DNA of 64,000 bases from Candidatus Uhrbacteria bacterium (GTDB lineage: Bacteria > Patescibacteriota > Patescibacteriia > JACQRZ01), in the NCBI GenBank assembly GCA_016188385.1, contig JACPHV010000002.1, positions 101,682-165,681 on the forward strand, in the 5' to 3' direction. Of this stretch, positions 37,438-47,744 are shown in pieces. Every line of letters begins with the position of its first letter. Position 1 is the stretch's first letter. A program made the position numbers and the translations under genes. Below the pieces are notes generated by a model. It had not been told where the DNA came from. It did no database searches and worked only from the letters and a program-made list of their open reading frames with translations.

Positions 37438-38265
37438 TCAATAGGAAAGCTTGCTGATTTGTCCAAAAAATTCAACTATCTTTTTATTCTCCGGATTGGC
37501 GGCGCGTAACCTATCAAGTGCCTGCTCCGCGTATAAACGCCGTCCGAGCGCAATATAGGTAGCTGTCAACGAATCTAAAAATCGCGGATTGTTCGCCTCC
37601 ATCTCAACCGCTTTCAAGATCCACGAAAGGGCTTCTTCTGACCGTCCTTGGAGTATACAAACTTCCCATAAATCATACAAGACCTCCGTCTGGATGGACT
37701 CCGGACTGCTTGGAAAGTTCGAATCAGCTGCGTCGATTCGCCGCGCAAGACGCAGTACATGCTTGAGCGTAGCCTCCGCTTCTTTGAATTCCTTTTGTTC
37801 AAGATACACTCGTGAAAGCCCCATATACGGATCAACGCGCCGAGGGTCAAGTTTGATCGCTTCGATAAAATCTTGTTCAGCGTCGTAATAACTTTCTTTT
37901 TCGATAGATTCAAAACCTCGAGAAATGAGATCGTCTGGAATAACTGTTTTCTTGCCGGCAGCGCCGGAATCTTCACTACTCGGATATGATTCCTTTACAG
38001 CTCGCAATTTTGCGTAGGAACGGTGAAAAAATCGATATAGTATAGCAAATAAAGGAATGGCAAACCTTGATAGAATCTCACGCCACTCATGCATACTACG
38101 CAGTAACCGTTCTCGCAATATGCGTTTGCGTACAGATGCCTCACGCTCTTGGGGCAGCGCATCGATATTAATAGATGCGACAATCCGCAGTCTCCTACCA
38201 ACGAGATAGGCGATGGCGGCGATACATATGATGATGATGAAAATCGAAATAACGTTCAATATCAT
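37438..38265 (-). CDS. TPR-repeat protein with N-terminal TM anchor
   Basis: N-terminal helix ILNVISIFIIIICIAAIAYLV. At least three TPR units (AEQDFIEAIKLDPRRVDPYMGLSRVYLEQKEFKEAEATLKHVLRL...). Confidence 0.6.
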   Translation of the reverse strand: MILNVISIFIIIICIAAIAYLVGRRLRIVASINIDALPQEREASVRKRILRERLLRSMHEWREILSRFAIPLFAILYRFFHRSYAKLRAVKESYPSSEDSGAAGKKTVIPDDLISRGFESIEKESYYDAEQDFIEAIKLDPRRVDPYMGLSRVYLEQKEFKEAEATLKHVLRLARRIDAADSNFPSSPESIQTEVLYDLWEVCILQGRSEEALSWILKAVEMEANNPRFLDSLTATYIALGRRLYAEQALDRLRAANPENKKIVEFFGQISKLSY

Positions 38266-39065
38266 AGCGAATCCATAACGCCATGGACGATACGTGTAAA
38301 CCCCGACGCGGTAAGGCTCGCGCCGCCTATCAGTGCCCCGTCGCTTATATCCTTGGAAACAAAATCAGTAACGGTAGATTCAGAAACACTCCCTCCATAG
38401 ATAATCCTACACAAGCGTCCCACGGCGGCTGCCCCCCATGCGTTTTCCATGAGTCCTCTAATATAGCGATATACTTCCGCGCAGTCAACCGCCGTCGCGG
38501 GAACGCCTGTACCTATCGCCCAGACAGGCTCATACGCTATGACAATTTCACGGGTTAAGCGGCGCTGGAACAATCCTTTAAGAGCAGATAGGAGCTGCTG
38601 TTGCAGTACCGATTTTCGCTTACCCAATACTTTTTGCGAATGATTTTCACCTATACAAAGCACGGGGATCATTGTTGAATCGTTTGAGACGCACTCAATC
38701 TTTTTCCTAATCGCTTCATTCGATTCGTTGACATATTGTCTGCGCTCTGAATGGCCTATGAGCACGAATGAAACGCCAATCTCTCGGAGCGAACATACAG
38801 ACTCCTCGCCGGTATAGGCGCCTCGTTCTTCCCAGAAACAATCTTGCGCTCCGATGGAAAACGCGCCGGAACGCGACCCCACACGGGCTACCGCGTCAAG
38901 AGCGGTAAAGCTGGGAACAAGTACGACCTGCACATTCGCGCGCGTGCTCTTATTCTTCCTTGCATTCAAAACGGACTTTGCGATCGCGCGTGCCAATGAA
39001 CGCGATTCAGAAACGCAGAGATTCATTTTCCAATTTGCCAATAGCAACGGGGGAAGAGATGACAT
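38262..39065 (-). CDS. tpiA: Triosephosphate isomerase
   Basis: LLANWKMN, IGHSERR and YEPVWAIGTG active-site motifs. Confidence 0.9.
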   Translation of the reverse strand: MSSLPPLLLANWKMNLCVSESRSLARAIAKSVLNARKNKSTRANVQVVLVPSFTALDAVARVGSRSGAFSIGAQDCFWEERGAYTGEESVCSLREIGVSFVLIGHSERRQYVNESNEAIRKKIECVSNDSTMIPVLCIGENHSQKVLGKRKSVLQQQLLSALKGLFQRRLTREIVIAYEPVWAIGTGVPATAVDCAEVYRYIRGLMENAWGAAAVGRLCRIIYGGSVSESTVTDFVSKDISDGALIGGASLTASGFTRIVHGVMDSL

Positions 39066-39084
39066 AAAATGACGTTCCTCTAGA

Positions 39085-39624
39085 TCAATCGTTGGGAGTT
39101 GTTAATCCTGCGATACATTCGGAGGAATGGAGTCGTGAATAATCCGGCAACTCTGAAACCTCTGGTATGCCAAGATGCCGCAAGAACTGAAATGACAACC
39201 GATATGACTTTTCATCGCTGTCTTTGGCCGCATCTTCATCAATCAATCCACGAATTAAAAGATTGCGGAGCGCGAGACTGCAATTTACTCCGCGAATCTT
39301 TTCTATTTCCGATTTTACCACAGGGCTACGATAGGCGATTACAGACAGGGTCTCCAGGGAAGGCCTTGTCAGTTCACCGATTGATTCTTCCTGTACATAT
39401 GCTTTGACCACATCAGATGATGAGGGGTGGGAAGCCAGATAGTATTCCGAGCCATTTCGAATGAGCACGATGCCGCGATCGGATGTACGATAAGAATCGT
39501 ACAGCTCATCAAGCGCATCACGAACATCTTTGAGCTGCCTACCGGAAATAGTTGCGAGCCTTTGCGCTGTCAACGGCTTCTGTGAGACAAAAAGTATGCT
39601 TTCGAGCACTGACGATACATTCAT
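39085..39624 (-). CDS. scpB: Segregation and condensation protein B
   Basis: The N-terminal winged-helix SVLESILFVSQKPLTAQRLATISG is typical of ScpB. 179 aa. Confidence 0.8.
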   Translation of the reverse strand: MNVSSVLESILFVSQKPLTAQRLATISGRQLKDVRDALDELYDSYRTSDRGIVLIRNGSEYYLASHPSSSDVVKAYVQEESIGELTRPSLETLSVIAYRSPVVKSEIEKIRGVNCSLALRNLLIRGLIDEDAAKDSDEKSYRLSFQFLRHLGIPEVSELPDYSRLHSSECIAGLTTPND

Positions 39625-39758
39625 ATAAACATCATGAGCTATATAAAAACACCTGATGCAGGTGCAACAGACTCATACTAGCAAATTGTTCATCAAAAGA
39701 AAAGAGCGGTTCCACTGCTCGCGGTGGATCCGCCCGTACCTCACGCATGCGCTAAATG

Positions 39759-40928
39759 TTAGTTCATTTTCTTACGAATAAAGGCAGGGACATCGATCTC
39801 ATCTTCTTCTTGCACTTCTGTATCATCTTCATGTCTCCGAGGAGGGTTCGAGAGGTCTTTGGCGGATTTTAATCCGGCTGTCCTGGTAACAGGCTGGCCG
39901 AAAATTGATGAACTTGAAGGAAACGGCACGCGATCGCCGAATGACTTTTCAAATGGAGCTTTTGATACCACCTTCTCCCGCTCGCTGAACCCTGTTGCAA
40001 TCACCGTGATTCTGATCTCATCACCGATATTTTCGTCGATGACTGCCCCAAAAATTACCTTCGCGTCGGGATCGGTCGCGGATGTGATAATCTTTGCCGC
40101 CTCGTTAATCTCAAGCATCGCAAGATCAGGACCTCCCGTAATCGTAAATAGTACGCCCTTCGCTCCTTCGATTGACAGCTCTAGCAACGGGCTGGAGATT
40201 GCGAGCTTCGCCGCCTCCACTGCTCTATTGTCTCCGCTTGCGACTCCGATGCCCATCAACGCCGAGCCAGCGCCCTTCATGATCGCCTTCACATCTGCAA
40301 AATCAACATTCACGAGACCCGGTACAGTAATTAGTTCGGAAATGCCTCTCACGCCTTGCTGTAATACTTCATCTACGATTTCAAAAGCTTCCATGATTGA
40401 AGTTTTTTTATCTACAATTTGCAGCACCTTATCATTCGGTATTGTGATGATTGCATCAACCTTTGATGCAAGCTCATCCCAACCCTTTTCCGATATCATT
40501 CTGCGGGACGAACCCTCGAAGGAAAAAGGCTTGGTGACGACGGCGATTGTGAGCGCACCAACATCTCTTGCCAAATCGGCAACCACCGGAGCCGCGCCGG
40601 TACCTGTTCCGCCGCCGAGTCCGCATGTAATAAATACCATATCGCTATCAGCTAACGAATCCCGAATTTCATTTTGATTCTCTTCAGCGGATTTTTGCCC
40701 CATTTGCGGATCCATTCCCGCTCCAAGCCCTTTTGTTACGCTTTTTCCGATTTGAATCTTTGTTGCCGCCTGTGAATGGTGTAAAGCCTGAACGTCGGTA
40801 TTAGCGGCCAAAAATTCAACGCCGCGAATCTTCGCTGTAACCATGCGGTTCACCGCTGAACCGCCGCTCCCGCCGACGCCGACTACTTTGATCTTTGCGA
40901 ATGTTTCAATTGACGGTTTCACTTCCAT
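39759..40928 (-). CDS. ftsZ: Cell division GTPase FtsZ
   Basis: Has GVGGSGGSAVNRM (tubulin signature region) and GGGTGTGAAPVVA. The acidic C-terminal tail ends in a conserved peptide (DIPAFIRKK). Confidence 0.9.
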   Translation of the reverse strand: MEVKPSIETFAKIKVVGVGGSGGSAVNRMVTAKIRGVEFLAANTDVQALHHSQAATKIQIGKSVTKGLGAGMDPQMGQKSAEENQNEIRDSLADSDMVFITCGLGGGTGTGAAPVVADLARDVGALTIAVVTKPFSFEGSSRRMISEKGWDELASKVDAIITIPNDKVLQIVDKKTSIMEAFEIVDEVLQQGVRGISELITVPGLVNVDFADVKAIMKGAGSALMGIGVASGDNRAVEAAKLAISSPLLELSIEGAKGVLFTITGGPDLAMLEINEAAKIITSATDPDAKVIFGAVIDENIGDEIRITVIATGFSEREKVVSKAPFEKSFGDRVPFPSSSSIFGQPVTRTAGLKSAKDLSNPPRRHEDDTEVQEEDEIDVPAFIRKKMN

Positions 40929-41020
40929 ATTCGTTTTACGTTAGACATTAAGTTGCTGATAACAAAACGCGATGAATCATCTCATGACTCATCGCGGTCA
41001 ATGATATCACCGTCGCCTGC

Positions 41021-42271
41021 CTAAGGCAAGAGGGACTTGAATAATTTTTTTACTCGGCTTCTGATATCAAAGCTATGCTCCAAGGAAATGAATGAGCGAT
41101 TGCCGCGATTGCGTTGCTGGTGCATGAATAATCCCCAATGCGCGATGCTCATTGCCGTCACAAAAGTCTGATCATGCACGCGATCAATGACATTAACGAC
41201 ATTTTTGAGCATCGCGTAAGCAACAGGCAATTTGAGACGCTTCTTCGCAATTTCCACGATACCGCCTAGTTTTGACCCGCCACCGGTAAGTATAGCGCCG
41301 CCGGGCAATATGCCGCTGCGGCCAATTTTTTTTAACTCGTGCTCAATCTTATCGAATATTTCTTCAACTCTCGCTTCGATGATCTGATGCACATACTTAG
41401 CCGAGACACTGCCTTGCTCCATCGCATCGAATTCCGACAAATGAATTTCACCCTTTTTGGGAGTTTCTCGGACGATAAGATCTCCGTATTCCAATTTTAT
41501 TTTTTCTGCGAGCTCAATCGAGATCCTTAGTCCGATCGCGATGTCGGATGTGATGTGATCTGATCCCATTGGAATGACGGCCGTATGCAATACCTCTCCC
41601 TCTTCATAGACGATCAAACTCGTTGTTGAAGCGCCTATATTGATTAAAACAACGCCGAGTTCTTTTTGCTTATTCGTCAACACAGCCTCGGCAGTGGCAA
41701 GAATTGAAAAAACAAGATCTTCTATTTCAAGATTTGTCCGATAGATGCATTTGGTAAAATTGCGGATTTCCGCCGCAAAACCTTGTATGACAAGCGCATC
41801 CACTTCAAGACGGCTCCCTGTCATTCCTATCGGATCCTTCGTCGAAATCTGTCCGTCAATAATAGAGCTTCTCGGGATTACATGCAAAATCTCATGATTT
41901 GGAGGGGTTGCGATCGTCCGTGCCGAATCCAAAGCGCGATCCACGTCTGATTTTGAAATCTCACCGTTTATTTTGCCAACAGCAATAATCCCACGGCATG
42001 TCTGGGACACAATATGCACTCCGGAAATTCCGACCAATGCGGATTCAATGGGAATCCCGCTCATCCGTTCCGCTTTCTCAATACAAGCGCTGATTGACGC
42101 TGAAGCATCATCAATACTGGTAATGGATCCCCGATTGACACCCTCTGAAGGATGTTCGGCAGCACCGAGGACTTGCAATTTATACTCAGTCCCCTCTTGA
42201 AAAATCTGGCTTACAACGGCACGGATTGCGCTGGACCCAACATCAAGTGCGGTAATAGTGATATCTTTCAT
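41021..42271 (-). CDS. ftsA: Cell division protein FtsA
   Basis: Actin-like ATPase (ITALDVGSSAIRAVV; VINIGASTTSLIVY; GGILPGGAILTGGGSKLGG). Lies upstream of ftsZ on the same strand. Confidence 0.85.
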   Translation of the reverse strand: MKDITITALDVGSSAIRAVVSQIFQEGTEYKLQVLGAAEHPSEGVNRGSITSIDDASASISACIEKAERMSGIPIESALVGISGVHIVSQTCRGIIAVGKINGEISKSDVDRALDSARTIATPPNHEILHVIPRSSIIDGQISTKDPIGMTGSRLEVDALVIQGFAAEIRNFTKCIYRTNLEIEDLVFSILATAEAVLTNKQKELGVVLINIGASTTSLIVYEEGEVLHTAVIPMGSDHITSDIAIGLRISIELAEKIKLEYGDLIVRETPKKGEIHLSEFDAMEQGSVSAKYVHQIIEARVEEIFDKIEHELKKIGRSGILPGGAILTGGGSKLGGIVEIAKKRLKLPVAYAMLKNVVNVIDRVHDQTFVTAMSIAHWGLFMHQQRNRGNRSFISLEHSFDIRSRVKKLFKSLLP

Positions 42272-42310
42272 ATATCGCGAATATCCATGATATCAACAGT
42301 ATACTAAATA

Positions 42311-42682
42311 TCAGTTAAAAGCGAAAGGGATAACGCGGGGTATAAAAAGCATGAGTCCGATAAGAAGCGCGCACAGGGCTAATACGAGCACTGCCGCACT
42401 TGAAAGATCTTTCATGTATCGCACGACCGGGGAAACGCGAGGTTTCATGGCATCAATGACGCGTTCGAGTACGCTATTAAATATTTCCGCCGTAAGAACA
42501 GCGCCGATTGTTAACAGTACTATCGCCCACTCAACCGAGCTGATGCGTAATACGAGAGCGGCAAGAACGATACTAGCAGCGATACCCGTCTGGATTCGAA
42601 AATTCTGTTCCTCTGAAAAAGCTATGCATAATCCGCGTTTTGCAGATTGTATGCTGCGAAAAAGTCGGTTGAAAGCATTCAT
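42311..42682 (-). CDS. dgkA: Diacylglycerol / undecaprenol kinase (DgkA family)
   Basis: Three TM helices. The conserved EQNFRIQ and AEIFNSVLERVIDA blocks are present. Confidence 0.75.
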   Translation of the reverse strand: MNAFNRLFRSIQSAKRGLCIAFSEEQNFRIQTGIAASIVLAALVLRISSVEWAIVLLTIGAVLTAEIFNSVLERVIDAMKPRVSPVVRYMKDLSSAAVLVLALCALLIGLMLFIPRVIPFAFN

Positions 42683-43146
42683 ACGGCCCTCTTTCCACTT
42701 TTTCCTAATAAAGCCAGAATCTTTGACGAAAGCTGATTCATGCGCCGTCGGTCAGGTGATGTAATATGGTCATATCCTTGTATATGTAAGATGCCATGAA
42801 CGATAACGCGTTCATACTCGGAGCCACGCGCTGATCCGTAGCGAACAGATTGCCTGATAATCTGTTCCGGACAGAGGTAGAGCTCTCCGTACGCCGTTTC
42901 ACCAGGCATATCGGCTGGATACAAAAACGAAAGCACATCGGTGATCCGGTCCTGGCCACGATATGTCTTGTTGATCGCACGCATTTTTTTACCATCAACA
43001 AATATGACCGTAATATCGGTTGTATTCCAGATTGAACATACACCTCTCGCCGCTTTAACAGCGATTCTGTACCATTCAATACTCTGAAACGTGCGAGGGA
43101 TCAGCTGTGTGCATGAAAACCCGCACGCAACTCGGACGGCTATCAT
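42679..43146 (-). CDS. ybeY: Endoribonuclease YbeY (rRNA maturation factor)
   Basis: Zinc-binding HGILHIQGYDH (H..HxxGxxH) motif. 155 aa. Confidence 0.8.
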   Translation of the reverse strand: MIAVRVACGFSCTQLIPRTFQSIEWYRIAVKAARGVCSIWNTTDITVIFVDGKKMRAINKTYRGQDRITDVLSFLYPADMPGETAYGELYLCPEQIIRQSVRYGSARGSEYERVIVHGILHIQGYDHITSPDRRRMNQLSSKILALLGKSGKRAV

Positions 43147-44231
43147 CGAACAAAAGAAAGGTCAGTAAACACAAAACTGCGAAGCATCATGCGGAATGTG
43201 GTCTGAAACTGCGGCTGCGCGCTTGTATTTTGATTATAAAGGAAAGAATAGACATAGGGCGCAATCACCCCTCCTGTTTCATCGGTTTTAACAAAATACG
43301 CGGCTAGCCCGTCCGGCGCCATGACTCCTGACCAATTATTAAATGAGAGAGATTGAAGCTGCGAAGTGTCAGCACTCGGATCAACCAGTGCTATGTACCA
43401 GTCAATAGCCCCCAGAGTTTGTGGGTTGTCCTGTACTTTAACGGAAATAAATTCACCGAGAGCGGAACTGATTACTACCTCACGATCAGAATCGTTTACC
43501 GCGCGGGCAGACCATGACGATGGGTAATAAAGCGAGTATGAAAATGTTGGATTTGTATAAGGAGTGACTCTTCCAGAAATCTCCAAACGAGCGCCGTCCG
43601 GACGGATTGGATCAAACAAGTGCTCAACCTCCTCACCATCAGTAAATCCATCACCGTCAGTGTCTTGAATCTGACTATTCGTGTTATACAGCCTCTCCTC
43701 GGTGTCTGTCAGTCCGTCTTGATCGCTATCCACGGCAACAATCGTTGGCAACTGCGGCTGTGTCGCTTCTTCTTGGATTGTCTCTTCCGAAAGAGGCTCG
43801 CTACCGCTGGGCGTCTCTGTTCCGGGTTCAAGCGCCACAGGCGTTTCCGTTTCAGGCAAAGGCGCTGAAGGTTCATCGGAAGGGACCTGTTCCTCCTCTG
43901 TCGGCTGCTGCGAATCCTCTTCTGATAATGGCTTTTCTTGCTGCTCCTCGACTGCTACTGATTGTTCCTCCTCCACCGAGATACTGGATTGCGGCGCATC
44001 ATTTTGAACATAAAACACAAAAAACAATATCCCTCCCGTAACCGCCAAAAGTAGGAATATCACCGCAATGATTAAAATCGGTTTTGCATTTGATTTGGTC
44101 GCACCGCGACGAAATTTCTCCGGCATCGCATATACCACAGCGTCAATCGACGGCGGTGTTTTTCCTGATGCGCGCGAGGATTCTTCTTTTGTGGATAATT
44201 CTTCTTCTAATAAATCAAACATACGAATCAA
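43143..44231 (-). CDS. Membrane-anchored surface protein with Glu/Pro-rich linker and TSP3 calcium-binding repeats
   Basis: N-terminal TM helix (ILIIAVIFLLLAVTGGILFFVFYV), then an acidic E/P/S/T-rich region, then DSDQDGLTDTEE and DTDGDGFTDGEE repeats, then a C-terminal beta-rich domain. Confidence 0.6.
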   Translation of the reverse strand: MIRMFDLLEEELSTKEESSRASGKTPPSIDAVVYAMPEKFRRGATKSNAKPILIIAVIFLLLAVTGGILFFVFYVQNDAPQSSISVEEEQSVAVEEQQEKPLSEEDSQQPTEEEQVPSDEPSAPLPETETPVALEPGTETPSGSEPLSEETIQEEATQPQLPTIVAVDSDQDGLTDTEERLYNTNSQIQDTDGDGFTDGEEVEHLFDPIRPDGARLEISGRVTPYTNPTFSYSLYYPSSWSARAVNDSDREVVISSALGEFISVKVQDNPQTLGAIDWYIALVDPSADTSQLQSLSFNNWSGVMAPDGLAAYFVKTDETGGVIAPYVYSFLYNQNTSAQPQFQTTFRMMLRSFVFTDLSFVR

Positions 44232-44311
44232 TCATACCTGCCATGAATGTATGGCTCGCGTCTTAAACACTTTCATCGGGAGAAATACAAATGGACTTTT
44301 GCAGAAGTACT

Positions 44312-45088
44312 TTATTGTATGGGCAACACGCTTGGGAGTTTGCCGGCGCCATTCGGATCATATCCGTTTTTAATCTCTTCTCCATCCAAAAAACCATCCT
44401 TATCGCTGTCGGCATTGAGCGGATCGGTCCCATACACCATGAGTTCCTCTCGGTCGCTAAGCCCGTCACCATCAGTATCAAACAAGTTCGGGTTGGTCCC
44501 ATACTGGGCCTCTTGCTCATCGGGAAGACCGTCACCGTCTGTGTCAATAATAACAGGCGCGCTTTCATCTCCTTGGATGATCGTATCTGCTTGTCCTATG
44601 ATCGTATCTGCTTGTCCTGTCGGAGGCGATCCCTCGCTTACCGGAGGTTCCTCTTCCACTATCTGATTCTCGCCTATGGGTTGCCCCGCCTGATCTTCAA
44701 CAGGCTGATCTTCAAGCGTTGGTATCCCATTATCGGATACAGGTATTGAAAAAAGATCAACGGTAGGCTGTTCCGCTTGCTTGGGCTTGAATAAAAAAAT
44801 CAAACCGACTCCACCGCCGATGACCAGGACTAGAGCGACTATTGCGATCAATGCGAGGATCATATGCCGCTTGCCGGAACCAGATCCGGAGTCTTCATAT
44901 TCTTCCGTGGATTCTTCTCGTTCAGTTCCAAGTGTGGTGCTCTCCTCGATTTGTTCATCCTGCCCTTGATCGGCTGCTACTCCAGGCGGGGAGTTAGTTC
45001 CGCTTTCTTGCGAAAACATATCAACAGGCTCGCCATTTTTTTGTTCTTCTGGCGGTAGTGCCTCTTCCGGTTTTTTTTCATCAAACAT
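44312..45088 (-). CDS. Membrane-anchored acidic protein with three TSP3 calcium-binding repeats
   Basis: Acidic N-terminus, then a TM helix (ILALIAIVALVLVIGGGVGLIFLF). The C-terminal repeats are DTDGDGLPDEQE, DTDGDGLSDREE and DSDKDGFLDGEE. It contains a 7-aa tandem duplication, GQADTII x2. Confidence 0.6.
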   Translation of the reverse strand: MFDEKKPEEALPPEEQKNGEPVDMFSQESGTNSPPGVAADQGQDEQIEESTTLGTEREESTEEYEDSGSGSGKRHMILALIAIVALVLVIGGGVGLIFLFKPKQAEQPTVDLFSIPVSDNGIPTLEDQPVEDQAGQPIGENQIVEEEPPVSEGSPPTGQADTIIGQADTIIQGDESAPVIIDTDGDGLPDEQEAQYGTNPNLFDTDGDGLSDREELMVYGTDPLNADSDKDGFLDGEEIKNGYDPNGAGKLPSVLPIQ

Positions 45089-45179
45089 ATAAATTCAAAC
45101 TATGAGTGAGAATACGCACCCTTATATATAGTATAGCATAGATATCATAATTTGTCTTGTGAGTATCGCCGGCACACTC

Positions 45180-47744
45180 TTATTTGCTGTAATCTGAATT
45201 TGTATCCGTGCCTGTAAAAGGGTCATCTGCTCCTGACTGCAAAGTACACTGCCGTCGAAGTTTTGATTGAGATAACAAAGGATATTCGTATACTCCGCAG
45301 AGTTCGTACTTATCCAATGAAGTATTTGAAGCAGGCGTATGGAGATACGTATAGGCGGAAAGTTTTTTTGACGCCAACACATTTTTTACATTATCCCCTC
45401 GATCCACGATCGGAGGAGTCGTCGTGCTTTGCGACGGATCAAGCGGCATGGAAGCGCGCAATGCTTTGCCAAGCTCTTGCGCCCACGAAGGCCAGCCGGA
45501 AATGGTCTGTCCCAATGTATAACTCCCCGCGGAAAGAGCCGGATAACAGGTTGGATTACATTTGCCGCGCACTCGATATTGTTCAAGTTGATCATGGATA
45601 AAGCTGATATGCGCTGATCGCTGCGTATCACGGCGCAACGCCGCGCTCGCGTCAGCATCATCTTGCGGTGTTGCCAGACGAATGGTACGCATCAACTCCG
45701 TAAAGACCGCGCGCGACGGTCCGGCAGGATTCGCGCTGGTGGTAAAATTCAAAATCCGATAGGAAGTAATTGATGAGTTAGTATCCAGGACAGGCACGCT
45801 TATATAGTATCCTGTCCCGTCTTGGACCGCTGGGAATCCATTCACTATGGTATTCGAAGGGCGTTGGTTAGGATTGAGCTCATTACGCGCATACCATACG
45901 TCAGGAGAGAACTTGTTCGGATTGCGATAAGCGCGCATAACAATTAAATCAGTTGAGTTGGTAAACCGATAAAAATACTCTTCGAGCGGAGTGGAGCTTC
46001 CTGCCGAGAATCGATCCTTGACTTCGGTCGGATCACTCATTAATGCGGGCAGTGTTAATCCCTTCTTTGCGACACAGTAGGAAAGCCGATATTGATATTT
46101 ACCGGACGGATCGGCTGCCGTACCCGGCGTCTCCCAGAATTGATAACAATCTTTAATAGTGCATTGGTCCGCGTGCCCTGACGCATAACATTGATCGGCT
46201 GTCCACGCCGAAGATGTGGGATCGCATTGCTCCCCGCTATCTACCTGTCCATTGCCGCATGTTTCATCCGGTGTTACGACAGGCGTTGAACCCGTTGGTT
46301 TGATTACATCATTCACGAGAATAATCTGTGCCTGCTGGACAGTGCCGGCAAGAGGCAAAACAAATACGGTAAGTATCGCGCTACCGGGTTGATTTGTATT
46401 TTCTACGATCAAATCTGTTTCCTTGCCTGCGGAACCGATTTTTTGCACTTCACGAAAAGCCGGGCTCTCGCTCAACTCCCATCGGACTTGTCTGATCTTA
46501 TCCGTCCCAATCAAAGAATTGTTTTGCGCGTGCACGCGGAGCGAATACCGATGCTGGTTGCCCGTACGGCTTCCTGATCCCTTGTCGCTATCGTCTTCAC
46601 AGTCATCTGCGGTGCAGGAAAATCTGTCGATATCTATCGGTCGACCGTTGCTGTCTATGATTACGTGTTCAAAGATATTAGGGCTGCCTTGTTTGTCCGG
46701 TCTGCCGACGCATTGTACCGGGTTTGAGCCGGTTATGGTACATGATTGGTATGGGTGTTTATTTCCAATCGAGAGCGAAGCGGATCCCGCTACGCCATCT
46801 ACCCACGCGGTAACGGTTCCTGTGCCCGTGGACGTTGCCGTATCGCCAAGCAGCGTTCGGATGTGAATTCGTTTTGCTCCTGATTCGTCTGACAGTCGGT
46901 ATCTATCCGGCTTGTCGACCTTCCAGCGCACAAGAGAATCCGAAATCGCAACAACATTCCCTTGCAAATCCTTTACTTCCAACTCAAGCGCGTGTTGATT
47001 GTTTTGATCATTACCCGAAGTAAAGGAATCGTCGCGGCACGCATTGCCGATACAGCCAAACATGTCACGAGGCAAGAATTGGCCGTTTGACCGTATCCGC
47101 ATCGAACGAACCTGGAGTATTGACAAGAGATTTTCTACTTTTATCTCCGCGCTGAACGTCTCGGATCCTTCGCCATCAAGATTAGCGGTTGTAACGATTG
47201 CTTTAAGTGTTACGGGCTGCGTGGTATTTACTCCGCTATTTGTCAAATACACTTCCGTAGAACTTGCGCCGAGATTTGTCGAATTATCAGAAGCGCGAGT
47301 GATGATAATCGGTGAATTTGCGGGCGAAAGACTCCACTCAATCTTCTCAATAGGGTGCACTCCCGCGATATCATCCAGAGAAATAAAGCTGTTATCCTTA
47401 TCATGCAGCCGGAGTGAATATATTCTTTGGTTGCCGATAAAACGCGAGCTTTGGTCATTGGCGCAAGTATTGCCAAAACAGCTGAACCTGTCCGTAGTCA
47501 CCGGCTTTCCATTCGCGTCGATCGCCGCTCTTCGCGTTGAGTCCGTAGATACAGCCGCATGCGGCCCTCCTGTACAAGACGAACGGCCGCCGGTCAAGCA
47601 GGTGGCTCGCGGATGCTTGTTGGATACGGTCATTTCTAGCGTTGTCGTACCAGTCGCGTTAGCAACCGAAAGTTTTAGCAGTCCTTCTCCTTCGGAATCG
47701 GCATTCGTAAGCTCAACGCTACGGCCGATCCCGGACAAACGCAT
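45180..47744 (-). CDS. C-terminal module block of the giant repeat protein (separate ORF owing to a frame break at about 47.72-47.78 kb; possible pseudogene fragment or assembly artefact)
   Basis: 854 aa. It has three copies of the FxC.GN.C.DD...GNQH module of about 110 aa and one CGNGQVDSGEQCDP Cys-rich unit. It is colinear with, and about 45% identical to, the region of the upstream giant ORF that follows the duplicated 175-bp patch. The residues just upstream of its Met in the same frame (ISWELTASADA) continue the homology. Confidence 0.55.
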   Translation of the reverse strand: MRLSGIGRSVELTNADSEGEGLLKLSVANATGTTTLEMTVSNKHPRATCLTGGRSSCTGGPHAAVSTDSTRRAAIDANGKPVTTDRFSCFGNTCANDQSSRFIGNQRIYSLRLHDKDNSFISLDDIAGVHPIEKIEWSLSPANSPIIITRASDNSTNLGASSTEVYLTNSGVNTTQPVTLKAIVTTANLDGEGSETFSAEIKVENLLSILQVRSMRIRSNGQFLPRDMFGCIGNACRDDSFTSGNDQNNQHALELEVKDLQGNVVAISDSLVRWKVDKPDRYRLSDESGAKRIHIRTLLGDTATSTGTGTVTAWVDGVAGSASLSIGNKHPYQSCTITGSNPVQCVGRPDKQGSPNIFEHVIIDSNGRPIDIDRFSCTADDCEDDSDKGSGSRTGNQHRYSLRVHAQNNSLIGTDKIRQVRWELSESPAFREVQKIGSAGKETDLIVENTNQPGSAILTVFVLPLAGTVQQAQIILVNDVIKPTGSTPVVTPDETCGNGQVDSGEQCDPTSSAWTADQCYASGHADQCTIKDCYQFWETPGTAADPSGKYQYRLSYCVAKKGLTLPALMSDPTEVKDRFSAGSSTPLEEYFYRFTNSTDLIVMRAYRNPNKFSPDVWYARNELNPNQRPSNTIVNGFPAVQDGTGYYISVPVLDTNSSITSYRILNFTTSANPAGPSRAVFTELMRTIRLATPQDDADASAALRRDTQRSAHISFIHDQLEQYRVRGKCNPTCYPALSAGSYTLGQTISGWPSWAQELGKALRASMPLDPSQSTTTPPIVDRGDNVKNVLASKKLSAYTYLHTPASNTSLDKYELCGVYEYPLLSQSKLRRQCTLQSGADDPFTGTDTNSDYSK

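Noticed and set aside
39859-40677. 272-aa ORF antisense to ftsZ
   Set aside because: An Ala/Ser/Thr/Pro-rich low-complexity translation, typical of the antisense strand of a Gly/Ala-rich gene. ftsZ itself is unmistakable on the other strand.
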